Notes under the pieces: generated by a model
Database searches by the model: none
Told to the model about the DNA's origin: nothing
The model's input: the letters and a program-made list of their open reading frames with translations, nothing else
From: Patescibacteria group bacterium
GTDB taxonomy: Bacteria > Patescibacteriota > Patescibacteriia > JAQUQO01
Length of the DNA: 64,000 nucleotides
Reading direction: 5' to 3'
NCBI GenBank assembly: GCA_028716045.1
Contig: JAQUQO010000001.1
Location: 192,942 to 256,941 of the forward strand
Part shown: positions 55,982 to 64,000 of the stretch, piece by piece
How the letters are laid out: every line of letters starts with the position of its first letter
Numbering within the stretch: the first letter of the stretch is position 1
Program-made: the position numbers and the translations under genes

Positions 55982-57775
55982 ATGTTTAAAAATCAGGAAG
56001 GTAAAACTTCTTTTAGTAGTTTGATATTAGGATTTTTAGTTATTGTTCTTTTGGGGATAGTGGTCTTACAGGTAAAAGAGAACATTGATTTGAAAGTTTC
56101 TTTAAAGAATAATGAAGAGCAGGCGTCAACCAGTGAAAAGATTACTCCTTTGGCGCTTAATTTGTCCTGGCAGCAGGGTAAGGTTTTTGTTGAAGAACCG
56201 GGGGCGGATTTTACCACCGTGGAAACGGGCGTGCTATTGAAAGAGGGTTGGGCGATAAAATTAGATAAGAACGCGCGGGCGATTTTGGAGTTTGCCAGCG
56301 GCGGGGTTTTGAGATTGGACGGCGGGGCAGAGATTGTCTTAACTAAATTAAGTAAGGAAGAAATTGTTTTGACTCAAATCAGCGGTTCTTCTTATCATCG
56401 GGTTATTGTAGACGAAAATGGTGTATACAAAATTGATTCACTCGGCCAGACGATTGTCGCCTTAGGAACGGCGTTTAACGTCGCTTGCGATAAAGACGGA
56501 GGCGCTCTTAAAGTGGATGTGATAGAGAATAAGGTTAAGGTGGAAATCAAAAAAGAGGGGAAAGTTAAAGAAGAGAAAACCGTGGAGGCCGGTCAGGGGG
56601 CCAAAGTGGACAGCGCCAAAGAATTAGCCGAAGTGGCCAAGTTGACGGAAGCTGACTTAAAAACGGATTGGTATTTATGGAACAAGGAAGAAGATAGTAA
56701 AAAATCTTATGAGTTAGGAGTGTTAAAGGATATTAAGAAAGATGAGGAGTTAAAAGAAGAAGAAAATGAGGAAGATGAGGGGGCGGGGAGCAGTGCGGAG
56801 GAAAATAAAAAAAGCGAATATCTTACTCTTTGGGGTACGGCGCAAGATGACGGTATTCATCTTTCCTGGACGCCTTATGCCGGCGATAATTTTTCTTATT
56901 ATAAAATCGTGCGTTCGGAAAATAATCCCGATTTAAAATATCCCGCTGACGGATATATTAAAGTTTCTTCGGATAAAAGTTTTTCTTCTTCTATTGACTC
57001 CACCGCTAAAAAGGGGGCGGAGTATTATTATCGCATTTGCGCTAAGATCGGAGAGGAAATAAAATGCGGAAACGTGATTCAAAGAACGGCTGTCAACGAG
57101 AGTAAAGAAGAGGAAACGGAGAAAAAAGACGAGGCAAAGAACACTTTCACATTGGTTGAAAATGCCCTGAATTTGAGCGTTGAAGCCAAGACCGACGGCA
57201 TTCACCTTTCCTGGACGCCTTATGCCGGTACGGATTTTTCTTATGGTAAAGTCGTGCGTTCGGAAACCAACGCTAATTTATATTATCCGAATGACGGTTA
57301 TATTAAGGTTTTAAATGATAAGGAATCGGTCGCTTACCTTGATTCTTCGGCTAAGGGCGGTACGGATTATTATTATCGCATTTGCGTTAAAACAAGTTCG
57401 GGTGAAGTTAAGTGCGGCAATGTCATGAAAATAAAAGCTGCCACGGCCGGCGGAGAGGAAACATCCCAGACTGAAGGGTTTAAGGCTATCACGGGTGAAC
57501 TTCAGCTTTCTGTTTCCAAGGCCAGCGACGGCGTGCATCTTTCCTGGACGCCGCGCGCCGGAGAAGGTTTTATGTATTATAAAGTCGTGCGTTCGGAAAC
57601 CAATCCGGACCTGTATTATCCCAACGATGGTTATATTAAATATTCAACGAAAAGAACTTTTAATTCTTATCTTGATGCTGACATAGCCGCTGGAAAAACC
57701 TACTATTACCGAGTTTGCAGTAAAGAGGAAAGCGGGGAGGTGTGGTGCGGCAATGTCGTGACGGTTAATAATTAA
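55982..57775 (+). CDS. Membrane-anchored surface protein with three tandem ~100-aa FN3-like repeats
   Basis: Repeat GxHLSWTPxAGxxFxYYKxVRSExNxxLxYPxDGYIK...YYYRxCxK...CGNV three times. Start set at 55982 to avoid overlap. Confidence 0.6.
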   Translation: MFKNQEGKTSFSSLILGFLVIVLLGIVVLQVKENIDLKVSLKNNEEQASTSEKITPLALNLSWQQGKVFVEEPGADFTTVETGVLLKEGWAIKLDKNARAILEFASGGVLRLDGGAEIVLTKLSKEEIVLTQISGSSYHRVIVDENGVYKIDSLGQTIVALGTAFNVACDKDGGALKVDVIENKVKVEIKKEGKVKEEKTVEAGQGAKVDSAKELAEVAKLTEADLKTDWYLWNKEEDSKKSYELGVLKDIKKDEELKEEENEEDEGAGSSAEENKKSEYLTLWGTAQDDGIHLSWTPYAGDNFSYYKIVRSENNPDLKYPADGYIKVSSDKSFSSSIDSTAKKGAEYYYRICAKIGEEIKCGNVIQRTAVNESKEEETEKKDEAKNTFTLVENALNLSVEAKTDGIHLSWTPYAGTDFSYGKVVRSETNANLYYPNDGYIKVLNDKESVAYLDSSAKGGTDYYYRICVKTSSGEVKCGNVMKIKAATAGGEETSQTEGFKAITGELQLSVSKASDGVHLSWTPRAGEGFMYYKVVRSETNPDLYYPNDGYIKYSTKRTFNSYLDADIAAGKTYYYRVCSKEESGEVWCGNVVTVNN

Positions 57776-57777
57776 AT

Positions 57778-58758
57778 ATGAACAAAAAGCAGATAATTTT
57801 TTTAGCCATTTTTGTTCTCTTGGTAATTTCGGGCATTTTTTTCCTGGCGATTTTTGAGAAAGCAAACGTTAAAGAACAAAAATCAGAAGAAAAAAAATTA
57901 CGAGTGGTGACGACCGTTTTACCGCTCTATGCTTTTACAAAGAATATAGTCGGTGACAAAGCGGAGGTGGAAAATCTTCTGCCGGCGGGCGCCGGTTGCG
58001 CTCACGATTATTCTTTTACTCCCGCTGACGTAATTAAAATTTTTAAAGCCGATGTGGTGATAAAGAACGGCGCTCATCTTGACGATTGGGTGGATGAAAT
58101 TATAGAAAGTGCCGGCAGGGGAAATTTAAAAGTTATTGACGCGAGCGAAGGGATAGAACTTTTAGGCGTGGTCGAATCAGCTAAAAAACCAGAGGAAGAT
58201 GAGCACGCTCATAGCGAGGAGGGGAACCCGCACGTTTGGCTTGACCCTCTTTTAGCCGTTAAGGAAGTGGAAAAAATCGGCGGGGGGCTGATGGAGGCCG
58301 ACCCGGGAAACAAAAGCGTTTATTTGGAAAATTCCATAGCTTACATAAGAAAATTGCGGGATTTGGATAAAGAATTAGAATTGGGACTTCAAGATTTAAA
58401 AACAAAAAATTTTATCTCTTTCCACGCGGCCTTTGATTATTTTGCCAAACGGTATGGTTTGAATCAGGTAGCGGTGCTTGAAGAGTCCCCCGGCAAAGAG
58501 CCTGGAGCGCAATACATTGCCAATCTAATAAATTTAATAAAAAAATATAAAGTACCGGCCTTGTTTACCGAACCGCAATACTCTCCCAAACTTATGGAAA
58601 CTTTGGCGGCTGATTTGAAATTGCCGGTTTTTGAGCTTGACCCTCTGGTCACCGGCGAGTTTACTTTGGATTTTTACGAAAAAGGCATGAGAAAGAACAC
58701 GGAAATTTTAAAAGAGGCCTTGGGAGTGAAAAACGAAGAGAATAATACTGAAAAATAA
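57778..58758 (+). CDS. znuA: Zinc/metal ABC transporter substrate-binding protein (TroA/ZnuA family) with a His/Glu-rich loop
   Basis: LPAGAGCAHDYSFTPADV...EEDEHAHSEEGNPHVW. Confidence 0.8.
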   Translation: MNKKQIIFLAIFVLLVISGIFFLAIFEKANVKEQKSEEKKLRVVTTVLPLYAFTKNIVGDKAEVENLLPAGAGCAHDYSFTPADVIKIFKADVVIKNGAHLDDWVDEIIESAGRGNLKVIDASEGIELLGVVESAKKPEEDEHAHSEEGNPHVWLDPLLAVKEVEKIGGGLMEADPGNKSVYLENSIAYIRKLRDLDKELELGLQDLKTKNFISFHAAFDYFAKRYGLNQVAVLEESPGKEPGAQYIANLINLIKKYKVPALFTEPQYSPKLMETLAADLKLPVFELDPLVTGEFTLDFYEKGMRKNTEILKEALGVKNEENNTEK

Positions 58759-58762
58759 TTGT

Positions 58763-60589
58763 ATGTGCGGAATAATCGCTTACATCGGAGATAAGGAGGC
58801 CTTGCCGATTTTAATTAATGGGCTTAGGCGTTTGGAATATCGCGGTTATGATTCCGCCGGCGTGGCTTTATTTTTTAACGGCGAGATGAAAAGGGTCCGG
58901 GCGGTCGGCAAAATTGATAATCTAGCCGAGAAAATTAAGGGCGAAAATCTGGCGGGTTCGGTCGGTATTGCTCATACTCGCTGGGCGACTCACGGCGGAG
59001 TGAGTGAAGCCAACGCGCATCCGCACAGCGCCTGCGCCGACGATATCATGATTGCCCACAATGGCATCATTGAAAATTATCGCGAACTCAAAAGACAGTT
59101 TTTATCCGAACATCAAATAAAATCCGAAACCGATACGGAAATTTTAGCTCATCTAATAGAAGTTTTTTATGACGGCGATTTGTTAAAAGCCGTACGCCGG
59201 GCTTTAGCCGAAGTGCGGGGCACTTACGGCTTGGTGGCCATGCACGTTGCCGAACCGGATAAAATTGTGGCGGCGAGAATGGGAAGCCCCTTGGTGATCG
59301 GCGTGGGGGAGGGGGAATATTATATTGCTTCAGACACCTCGCCGATGCTGGCCTACACTAAGAAAGTTATTTTTCTGGATGATGGCGAGCTGGCGGTCAT
59401 CGAGAAAAGCGATATGCGGATTTATAATATTAATGCCGAGACGATTGAAAAACACGTGGAACAAATAGACTGGGATGAAGCGCAGGCGCAGAAACAGGGT
59501 TTCCCGCATTTTATGCTCAAAGAAATTTTTGACCAGCCGAAAGTGATACAGGATGCCCTGCGCGGTCGCTATAATTTAGAAGAAGGTACGGCGCATTTGG
59601 GAGGTCTGAATATGAGCGAGGAAGAAATGCATCGGGTAAAAAAAGTGGTATTTCTGGCGTGCGGTACGGCTTATTACGCCGCTCTGGTCGGCAAATATGC
59701 CTTTGAAAGATTGGCCGGATTACCCGCGGAGGCGGATGTGGCGAGCGAATTCAGATATCGGGACCCAATTATAGACAAAGAGACGTTGGTATTTGGGATT
59801 TCGCAATCCGGGGAGACAGCCGACACCCTGGCCGCTTTAAGGGAGGCCAAGCGCAAGGGCGCTTATGTGCGCGGTATTGTCAATGTGGTGGGTTCTACGA
59901 TTGCTCGTGAGACAGATGGCGGCACTTATATCCACGCCGGTCCGGAATTAGCCGTGGCATCCACCAAGGCCTATACCAACATGGTGGCGGTTCTAATCCT
60001 CTATGCTTTGCAATTCGGACGTCTGAATCGCGTGTCTTTGGCTACTGGCCAGCGCTTGCTTAACGCTCTGACGGAAATCCCTCAAAAGATGGAAGGGTTT
60101 TTAAAAAATAACAACGAGGGGATAGCGGCCCTGGCGGAGAAATATCAAAATTTTAAGAATCTTCTTTTTTTGGGGCGAGGTATTAATTATCCGGTGGCGC
60201 TGGAGGGGTCGCTGAAGCTGAAAGAAATCACTTATATTCATAGCGAGGCCTATCCGGGCGGGGAGATGAAACACGGGCCAATCGCGCTTTTGTCGGAAGA
60301 TTTTCCGGTGGTGGCGATTATGGCCAAGGACCAGCTTTACGACAAAATGAGAAGTAATGTTGAGGAAATTCGCGCCCGAAAAGCGCCGCTGATTTTAATC
60401 GCGACTGAAGGCGATGCCAAAGCCGCAGAGCTGGCCGAAGAAGTGATTTATGTTCCGGAAACAATGGAGCTTCTACAACCCCTGCTTAATGTTTTACCTT
60501 TGCAATTATTGGCTTATCATATAGCCGCGGGATTGGGGCGGGACGTTGACCGGCCGAGAAATTTGGCCAAGAGCGTCACGGTGGAATAA
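58763..60589 (+). CDS. glmS: Glutamine--fructose-6-phosphate aminotransferase
   Basis: MCGIIAYIG N-terminal nucleophile; two SIS domains; 608 aa. Confidence 0.95.
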   Translation: MCGIIAYIGDKEALPILINGLRRLEYRGYDSAGVALFFNGEMKRVRAVGKIDNLAEKIKGENLAGSVGIAHTRWATHGGVSEANAHPHSACADDIMIAHNGIIENYRELKRQFLSEHQIKSETDTEILAHLIEVFYDGDLLKAVRRALAEVRGTYGLVAMHVAEPDKIVAARMGSPLVIGVGEGEYYIASDTSPMLAYTKKVIFLDDGELAVIEKSDMRIYNINAETIEKHVEQIDWDEAQAQKQGFPHFMLKEIFDQPKVIQDALRGRYNLEEGTAHLGGLNMSEEEMHRVKKVVFLACGTAYYAALVGKYAFERLAGLPAEADVASEFRYRDPIIDKETLVFGISQSGETADTLAALREAKRKGAYVRGIVNVVGSTIARETDGGTYIHAGPELAVASTKAYTNMVAVLILYALQFGRLNRVSLATGQRLLNALTEIPQKMEGFLKNNNEGIAALAEKYQNFKNLLFLGRGINYPVALEGSLKLKEITYIHSEAYPGGEMKHGPIALLSEDFPVVAIMAKDQLYDKMRSNVEEIRARKAPLILIATEGDAKAAELAEEVIYVPETMELLQPLLNVLPLQLLAYHIAAGLGRDVDRPRNLAKSVTVE

Positions 60590-60609
60590 AGAAATATTTT
60601 TAAGATATT

Positions 60610-61320
60610 ATGCCGTTTTTTGAGGCAAAAAATTTAACTGTCAGATATGGAGACGCCGTTATTTTAGACAAACTTTCTTTTTCTATTGATGACGGTGATA
60701 TCGTCGCTATCATCGGTCCGAATGGTTCCGGCAAGACGACTTTGGTTAAGGCCATCCTTGGTCTGATAAAATATGACGGAGAGATAAAATGGGCCCGCGA
60801 TGTGAGTTTTGGTTATGTCCCGCAGAAACTGGAATTTGACCGCAGTTTTCCCATCACCGTCAGGGAATTATTTTTTTTAAGATTGCCAAACGTGTTTTTC
60901 GGTTCCGGCAAGAAGCGGACTACGGAGAAAGTAAGATTTCTTCTTTCCCGCGTCGGCGCCGAAAAATTATTGGAAAAACAAATTGGCAGTTTGTCGGGAG
61001 GGGAGTTGCAAAGGGTGCTGGTGGCTTACGCTCTGGTCGGCCGTCCGCAAGTTTTATTTTTTGACGAGCCGTCGGCCGGCATTGATATCGGCGGAGAAGA
61101 AACTATCTATAATCTCATTCACCAGGTCTGCCACGAGGAACGATTGACTGCCTTCTTCGTTTCCCATGATTTGGATGTGGTTTTTGACCATGCTGACAAA
61201 GTGGTTTGCTTAAATAGGAAGCTCATTTGCCAGGGGATTCCGCAGAAAGTTTTAACCGGCAGAAAATTAGAAGAGATTTACGGCCACGGGGTGGCGACCT
61301 ACGAACATCATCACGAATAA
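60610..61320 (+). CDS. znuC: Metal ABC transporter ATP-binding protein
   Basis: Walker A GPNGSGKTT, signature LSGGELQR. Confidence 0.85.
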   Translation: MPFFEAKNLTVRYGDAVILDKLSFSIDDGDIVAIIGPNGSGKTTLVKAILGLIKYDGEIKWARDVSFGYVPQKLEFDRSFPITVRELFFLRLPNVFFGSGKKRTTEKVRFLLSRVGAEKLLEKQIGSLSGGELQRVLVAYALVGRPQVLFFDEPSAGIDIGGEETIYNLIHQVCHEERLTAFFVSHDLDVVFDHADKVVCLNRKLICQGIPQKVLTGRKLEEIYGHGVATYEHHHE

Positions 61321-61331
61321 TTTTTTTACCC

Positions 61332-62147
61332 ATGTTTGAATTTCTCGCCTATTCTTTCATTCAGAGAGCCCTGATTGCGGGCGTTATTATCGGCATTATC
61401 ACTGCCGTGCTTGGCGTTTTCGTTATTCTGCGCAAGATGTCTTTTTTTTCCGACGCCATTGCCCATTCCAGCTTGACCGGCATCGCTCTCGGCGCGCTCC
61501 TGAATTTTGACCCGCTTTTAGGCGCGGTGGTTTTTTGTATTTTGGTCGCTCTGGGCATTGCTTTTTTAAATAAAAAAAGCGTCCTTTCCATAGACGCCAT
61601 CATCGGCGTATTTTTTTCCGCTTCCGTCGCTTTGGGCGTGGTAGTCATCGGATTTCTGCGCGGTTATCGGGTGGATTTATTTAAATTTTTGTTCGGCGAT
61701 ATTTTAGGGGTGACCAGCTGGGATATTATTATTATTTCCGTTTTGGGAATCGCCGTGCTGGCTTTAGTGGCTTTTTTATTTAAAGATTTTGCCAAAATCG
61801 CTTTTCATCGGGACTTGGCCGAAGTTGAGGGACTGGCCGTTGATTTTTACGATTATCTTTTTATGTTTATTCTGGCGCTCACGGTGGCGGTAGGATTAAA
61901 AATTGCCGGCGCCATTCTTATCGGCCCTTTGCTTATTATTCCCCCGGCCACGGCGAAAAATATGGCTATTAATCTGAAAGAGATGCTGGTGTTTTCGGTG
62001 ATTGTCGGCGTTTTGTCAGCTCTTATCGGCATTGTCGCCTCTTATTATCTAAATACCGCCTCCGGCCCGACCATTGTTTTGGCCAGCTCGGTTATTTTTA
62101 TCTTTAGTTTATTTTACAGAAGATTTGTTTTGGGCAGTTCTTTGTGA
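61332..62147 (+). CDS. znuB: Metal ABC transporter permease
   Basis: MFEFLAYSFIQRAL...; start chosen at 61332 rather than the track's overlapping 61227. Confidence 0.8.
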   Translation: MFEFLAYSFIQRALIAGVIIGIITAVLGVFVILRKMSFFSDAIAHSSLTGIALGALLNFDPLLGAVVFCILVALGIAFLNKKSVLSIDAIIGVFFSASVALGVVVIGFLRGYRVDLFKFLFGDILGVTSWDIIIISVLGIAVLALVAFLFKDFAKIAFHRDLAEVEGLAVDFYDYLFMFILALTVAVGLKIAGAILIGPLLIIPPATAKNMAINLKEMLVFSVIVGVLSALIGIVASYYLNTASGPTIVLASSVIFIFSLFYRRFVLGSSL

Positions 62148-62252
62148 TAAAGCGGAAATTTTTGTAAGGATAGCGGGGCTTGAAGAAAATTTAATAATAT
62201 ATTAGTATAAAACTATATAATTGTTGTTTAACATTTAACAAGGAGGATACAA

Positions 62253-62432
62253 TGGATGGAGAAAACATGGGAGAAAGCGCAGGAAGGGCATCGGAAGCCC
62301 CAAAAAAGAAAAGGAGAAAACTGACACCAGAGGAGAAAGAGGAAATTATGAAAGCATATCTTAGAGATAAAGATATTGAAGCGTGGCAATCCGCAAGCGA
62401 TCAACTATTAAAACCTAAACAAAAAGATTAGC
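62253..62432 (+). CDS. Possible small basic protein (59 aa; KKKRRKLTPEEKEEIMKAYL), perhaps a transposase HTH-type N-terminal remnant
   Basis: Strong RBS caaggaggatacaATGG; below the 60-aa track cutoff. Confidence 0.3.
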
Positions 62433-62457
62433 ATGTTCTTTCGCCAAAATAATTAGG

Positions 62458-62485
62458 GTAGAGTATAATCTCTACCTTTTTTATT
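62458..62485 (+). terminator. Terminator hairpin gtagag-tataat-ctctac then a T-run
   Basis: Read directly. Confidence 0.5.
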
Positions 62486-62787
62486 TGTTCTAAGTATTTT
62501 CAATTTCCACACTTGATTGGAAATAATTAAAGGGACGGACGGTGGATTTCACTATTCGTCCTTTTGGTTGGTTAGCGGCGATTGGGCCCTGCAGAAGTAG
62601 AGGAACGCTCAAGAGAGGGAAAAGACCCGGAATTTCTGGCTTTTGAGAGAAAGACACGTTGGAATCTTCTTTCCGTCTTAAAGAAGAAAAAGTGAGGGCT
62701 ATGTTTATTCAAAATCCACCGCTATTAAGCAGTGGATTTTTTATTTTTATTAATTCTCCCCTTAAGATAAGGGGAGGGGAGGAGGGG

Positions 62788-63588
62788 TTAGGATTTTAAG
62801 AGGGGGGTTTCTACTACCACCATTATTTTCTGCCCGGTGTAGATATTTTCTTTTGTGCCGTTCCAATCGTGAACGGCATTCAAAAGATTATCATATTTAT
62901 ATTTAAACCCCTCGCCACGCTTGGTGCCCGGGTCATTGGTGATAAACTCGTTGCGGTCATAGCCGCGGATGACAAGCATATGATAAGCCGGTCCTTCGCC
63001 GGAGAAATAGGGATTGTCCAAAAGCCGCCCGGCAGTGGGGACGATGATTAAATTGCCCTTGTTTAATTCCTCCTTGATTTTATCCGCGGATACTTCTTTT
63101 GAGGTCCGCGCTTTGACATTATAATATTTATCCAAAATTTCCACGACATTCTCGGCCGTGGAATCTTCCCAAAAGCCGAAATAATTTTTTTCCCATTCCA
63201 CTAATTTTAATATCTCGTCATTCATTATATTTTTATCCAGCGGTTCGTCCTTGAAGTATTTGGCCGCCATAATAATACTGGCTTCTTCGCAGGCCTCCTG
63301 ATAAGGCATCCCCCAGTCGGCGAATGGCGCTTGGGGGGCGAAGGGGACGGGGATGTCTAAAGTTGTTTTGATTTGGATAATTTCTTCCGGAGCGGCCGGC
63401 GGGGTTTCTATTGGTGGTTGGTCTTCCGGCTGGGCTTCGGCAGGCGGAAGCTCCTCTTCGGAAAAATTCCCCGAGTCCGTCTTTTGCTCGGGTTGATTAA
63501 GATTTTGTTCCGGCTCGGAAGGTTTTGTGAAATCACAGCCGCCCAGAAACAAGGTTATTATTACAATAAGAGGTAAAAGTCCGCGCAT
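62788..63588 (-). CDS. Lipoprotein with papain-like peptidase C39-like (C39_2) domain
   Basis: Lipobox LFLGGC; Pro/Glu-rich linker; C-terminal domain with candidate Cys (CEEAS) and His (AYHMLVIRGYD). Confidence 0.45.
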   Translation of the reverse strand: MRGLLPLIVIITLFLGGCDFTKPSEPEQNLNQPEQKTDSGNFSEEELPPAEAQPEDQPPIETPPAAPEEIIQIKTTLDIPVPFAPQAPFADWGMPYQEACEEASIIMAAKYFKDEPLDKNIMNDEILKLVEWEKNYFGFWEDSTAENVVEILDKYYNVKARTSKEVSADKIKEELNKGNLIIVPTAGRLLDNPYFSGEGPAYHMLVIRGYDRNEFITNDPGTKRGEGFKYKYDNLLNAVHDWNGTKENIYTGQKIMVVVETPLLKS

Positions 63589-63713
63589 AAAATTGGCAAT
63601 TTAGTTTTTAGCTCGTAAACAATTTAATTATAAGACCATGGTTTAATAAAGGCAACGGTTGGTGGCGTGGTTTTTCAAATATGATATAATAGAAACATCT
63701 AATAAAAAAAACT

Positions 63714-64000
63714 ATGAATAAAAAATTATTAAAGAAGAAGCTGGCGGGATTTACCCTGATTGAACTTTTGGTAGTTATCGCCATTATCGTTATTCTTTTC
63801 GCGGTGATTTTGGTGGCCGTGGACCCGGCTAAGCGCATTGGTCAGGCGCAGGACGCGGTCCGGCGCCAGGATGTGCGCGATATTTCAGAAGCGATTCAGG
63901 AATACATCGTGGACAATAATGGTTCTTTCCCGTCCGGTTTAATTGCCGATGGCAGTTATAAAATGCTTGGCGCTTGTTCAAGCGGAGCCAGTTGCGTCGC
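63714..64000 (+). CDS. Type IV pilin-like protein (N-terminal class III signal/prepilin motif), truncated by the window end
   Basis: KKLAGFTLIELLVVIAIIVILFAV; -10 TATAAT at about 63685. Confidence 0.75.
   Translation, partial: MNKKLLKKKLAGFTLIELLVVIAIIVILFAVILVAVDPAKRIGQAQDAVRRQDVRDISEAIQEYIVDNNGSFPSGLIADGSYKMLGACSSGASCV

Noticed and set aside
58700-58763. glmS ribozyme upstream of glmS
   Set aside because: Only 4 bp separate znuA and glmS, so there is no room for the ~170-nt ribozyme.
63608-63838. 76-aa minus-strand ORF
   Set aside because: It is antisense to the type IV pilin gene, whose prepilin N-terminus and promoter are unambiguous.

Overview
This is an AT-rich, gene-dense bacterial chromosomal segment of roughly 70 mostly co-directional genes. 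The content is consistent with a small-genome, Patescibacteria/CPR-like organism. That call is an inference from gene content (four-helix-bundle protein, DUF4012-like protein, type IV pilin, tandem iPGM, SAH, compact genes, overlapping terminator/promoter signals), not from a search.

Core housekeeping genes I recognise from their translated sequence:
- Glycolysis: enolase, two tandem cofactor-independent phosphoglycerate mutases, and TIM (tpiA).
- Translation and ribosome: L10/L7-L12, L33, RRF, GlyRS, ThiI, Dus, SpoU, four tRNAs (Thr-GGU, Thr-UGU, Trp-CCA, Asn-GUU).
- Replication, repair and metabolism: MetK, MutM, PolX, MltG, MreB, GlmS, ZnuABC, DNA pol III delta-prime (holB), LOG, Smr.

Accessory content:
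- A polysaccharide-type locus (29.2-37.7 kb) with a processive GT2 synthase carrying the QxxRW motif, two further GT2s, a GT4, an extremely AT-rich membrane ORF, a DUF4012-like protein and MreB.
- A REP-associated tyrosine transposase (RAYT, 37704-38381) carrying an in-frame array of four 30-bp hairpin repeats.
- A GC-rich (~53% GC) foreign-looking gene (9330-9935).
- A GIY-YIG (YhbQ-like) gene wedged between a partial 5' copy of tRNA-Trp and the intact tRNA-Trp.
- An SAH / PD-(D/E)XK nuclease / holin-like trio.

The most striking sequence-level signal is a recurring ~26-bp GC-rich perfect hairpin with a GTCGCGAC core, flanked by TTGAC direct repeats. It has seven copies. In at least four copies the 3' TTGAC(A/G) sits exactly 16-17 bp upstream of a near-consensus -10 box (9269-9326, 19520-19577, 23316-23400 as a tandem double, 28246-28303). 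A fifth, weaker copy sits on the minus strand near 50950. A bare copy of the hairpin is inserted in the anticodon loop of the partial tRNA-Trp copy at 46063-46087.

A second, unrelated palindromic family built of GACTAC/GTAGTC units flanks the four-helix-bundle gene (1-492) and sits empty between the two gpmI paralogs (4975-5047).

A strongly promoted ~400-nt ORF-free structured region (19584-19980) is a candidate ncRNA of unknown class.

No CRISPR array, rRNA gene or intact prophage is present.
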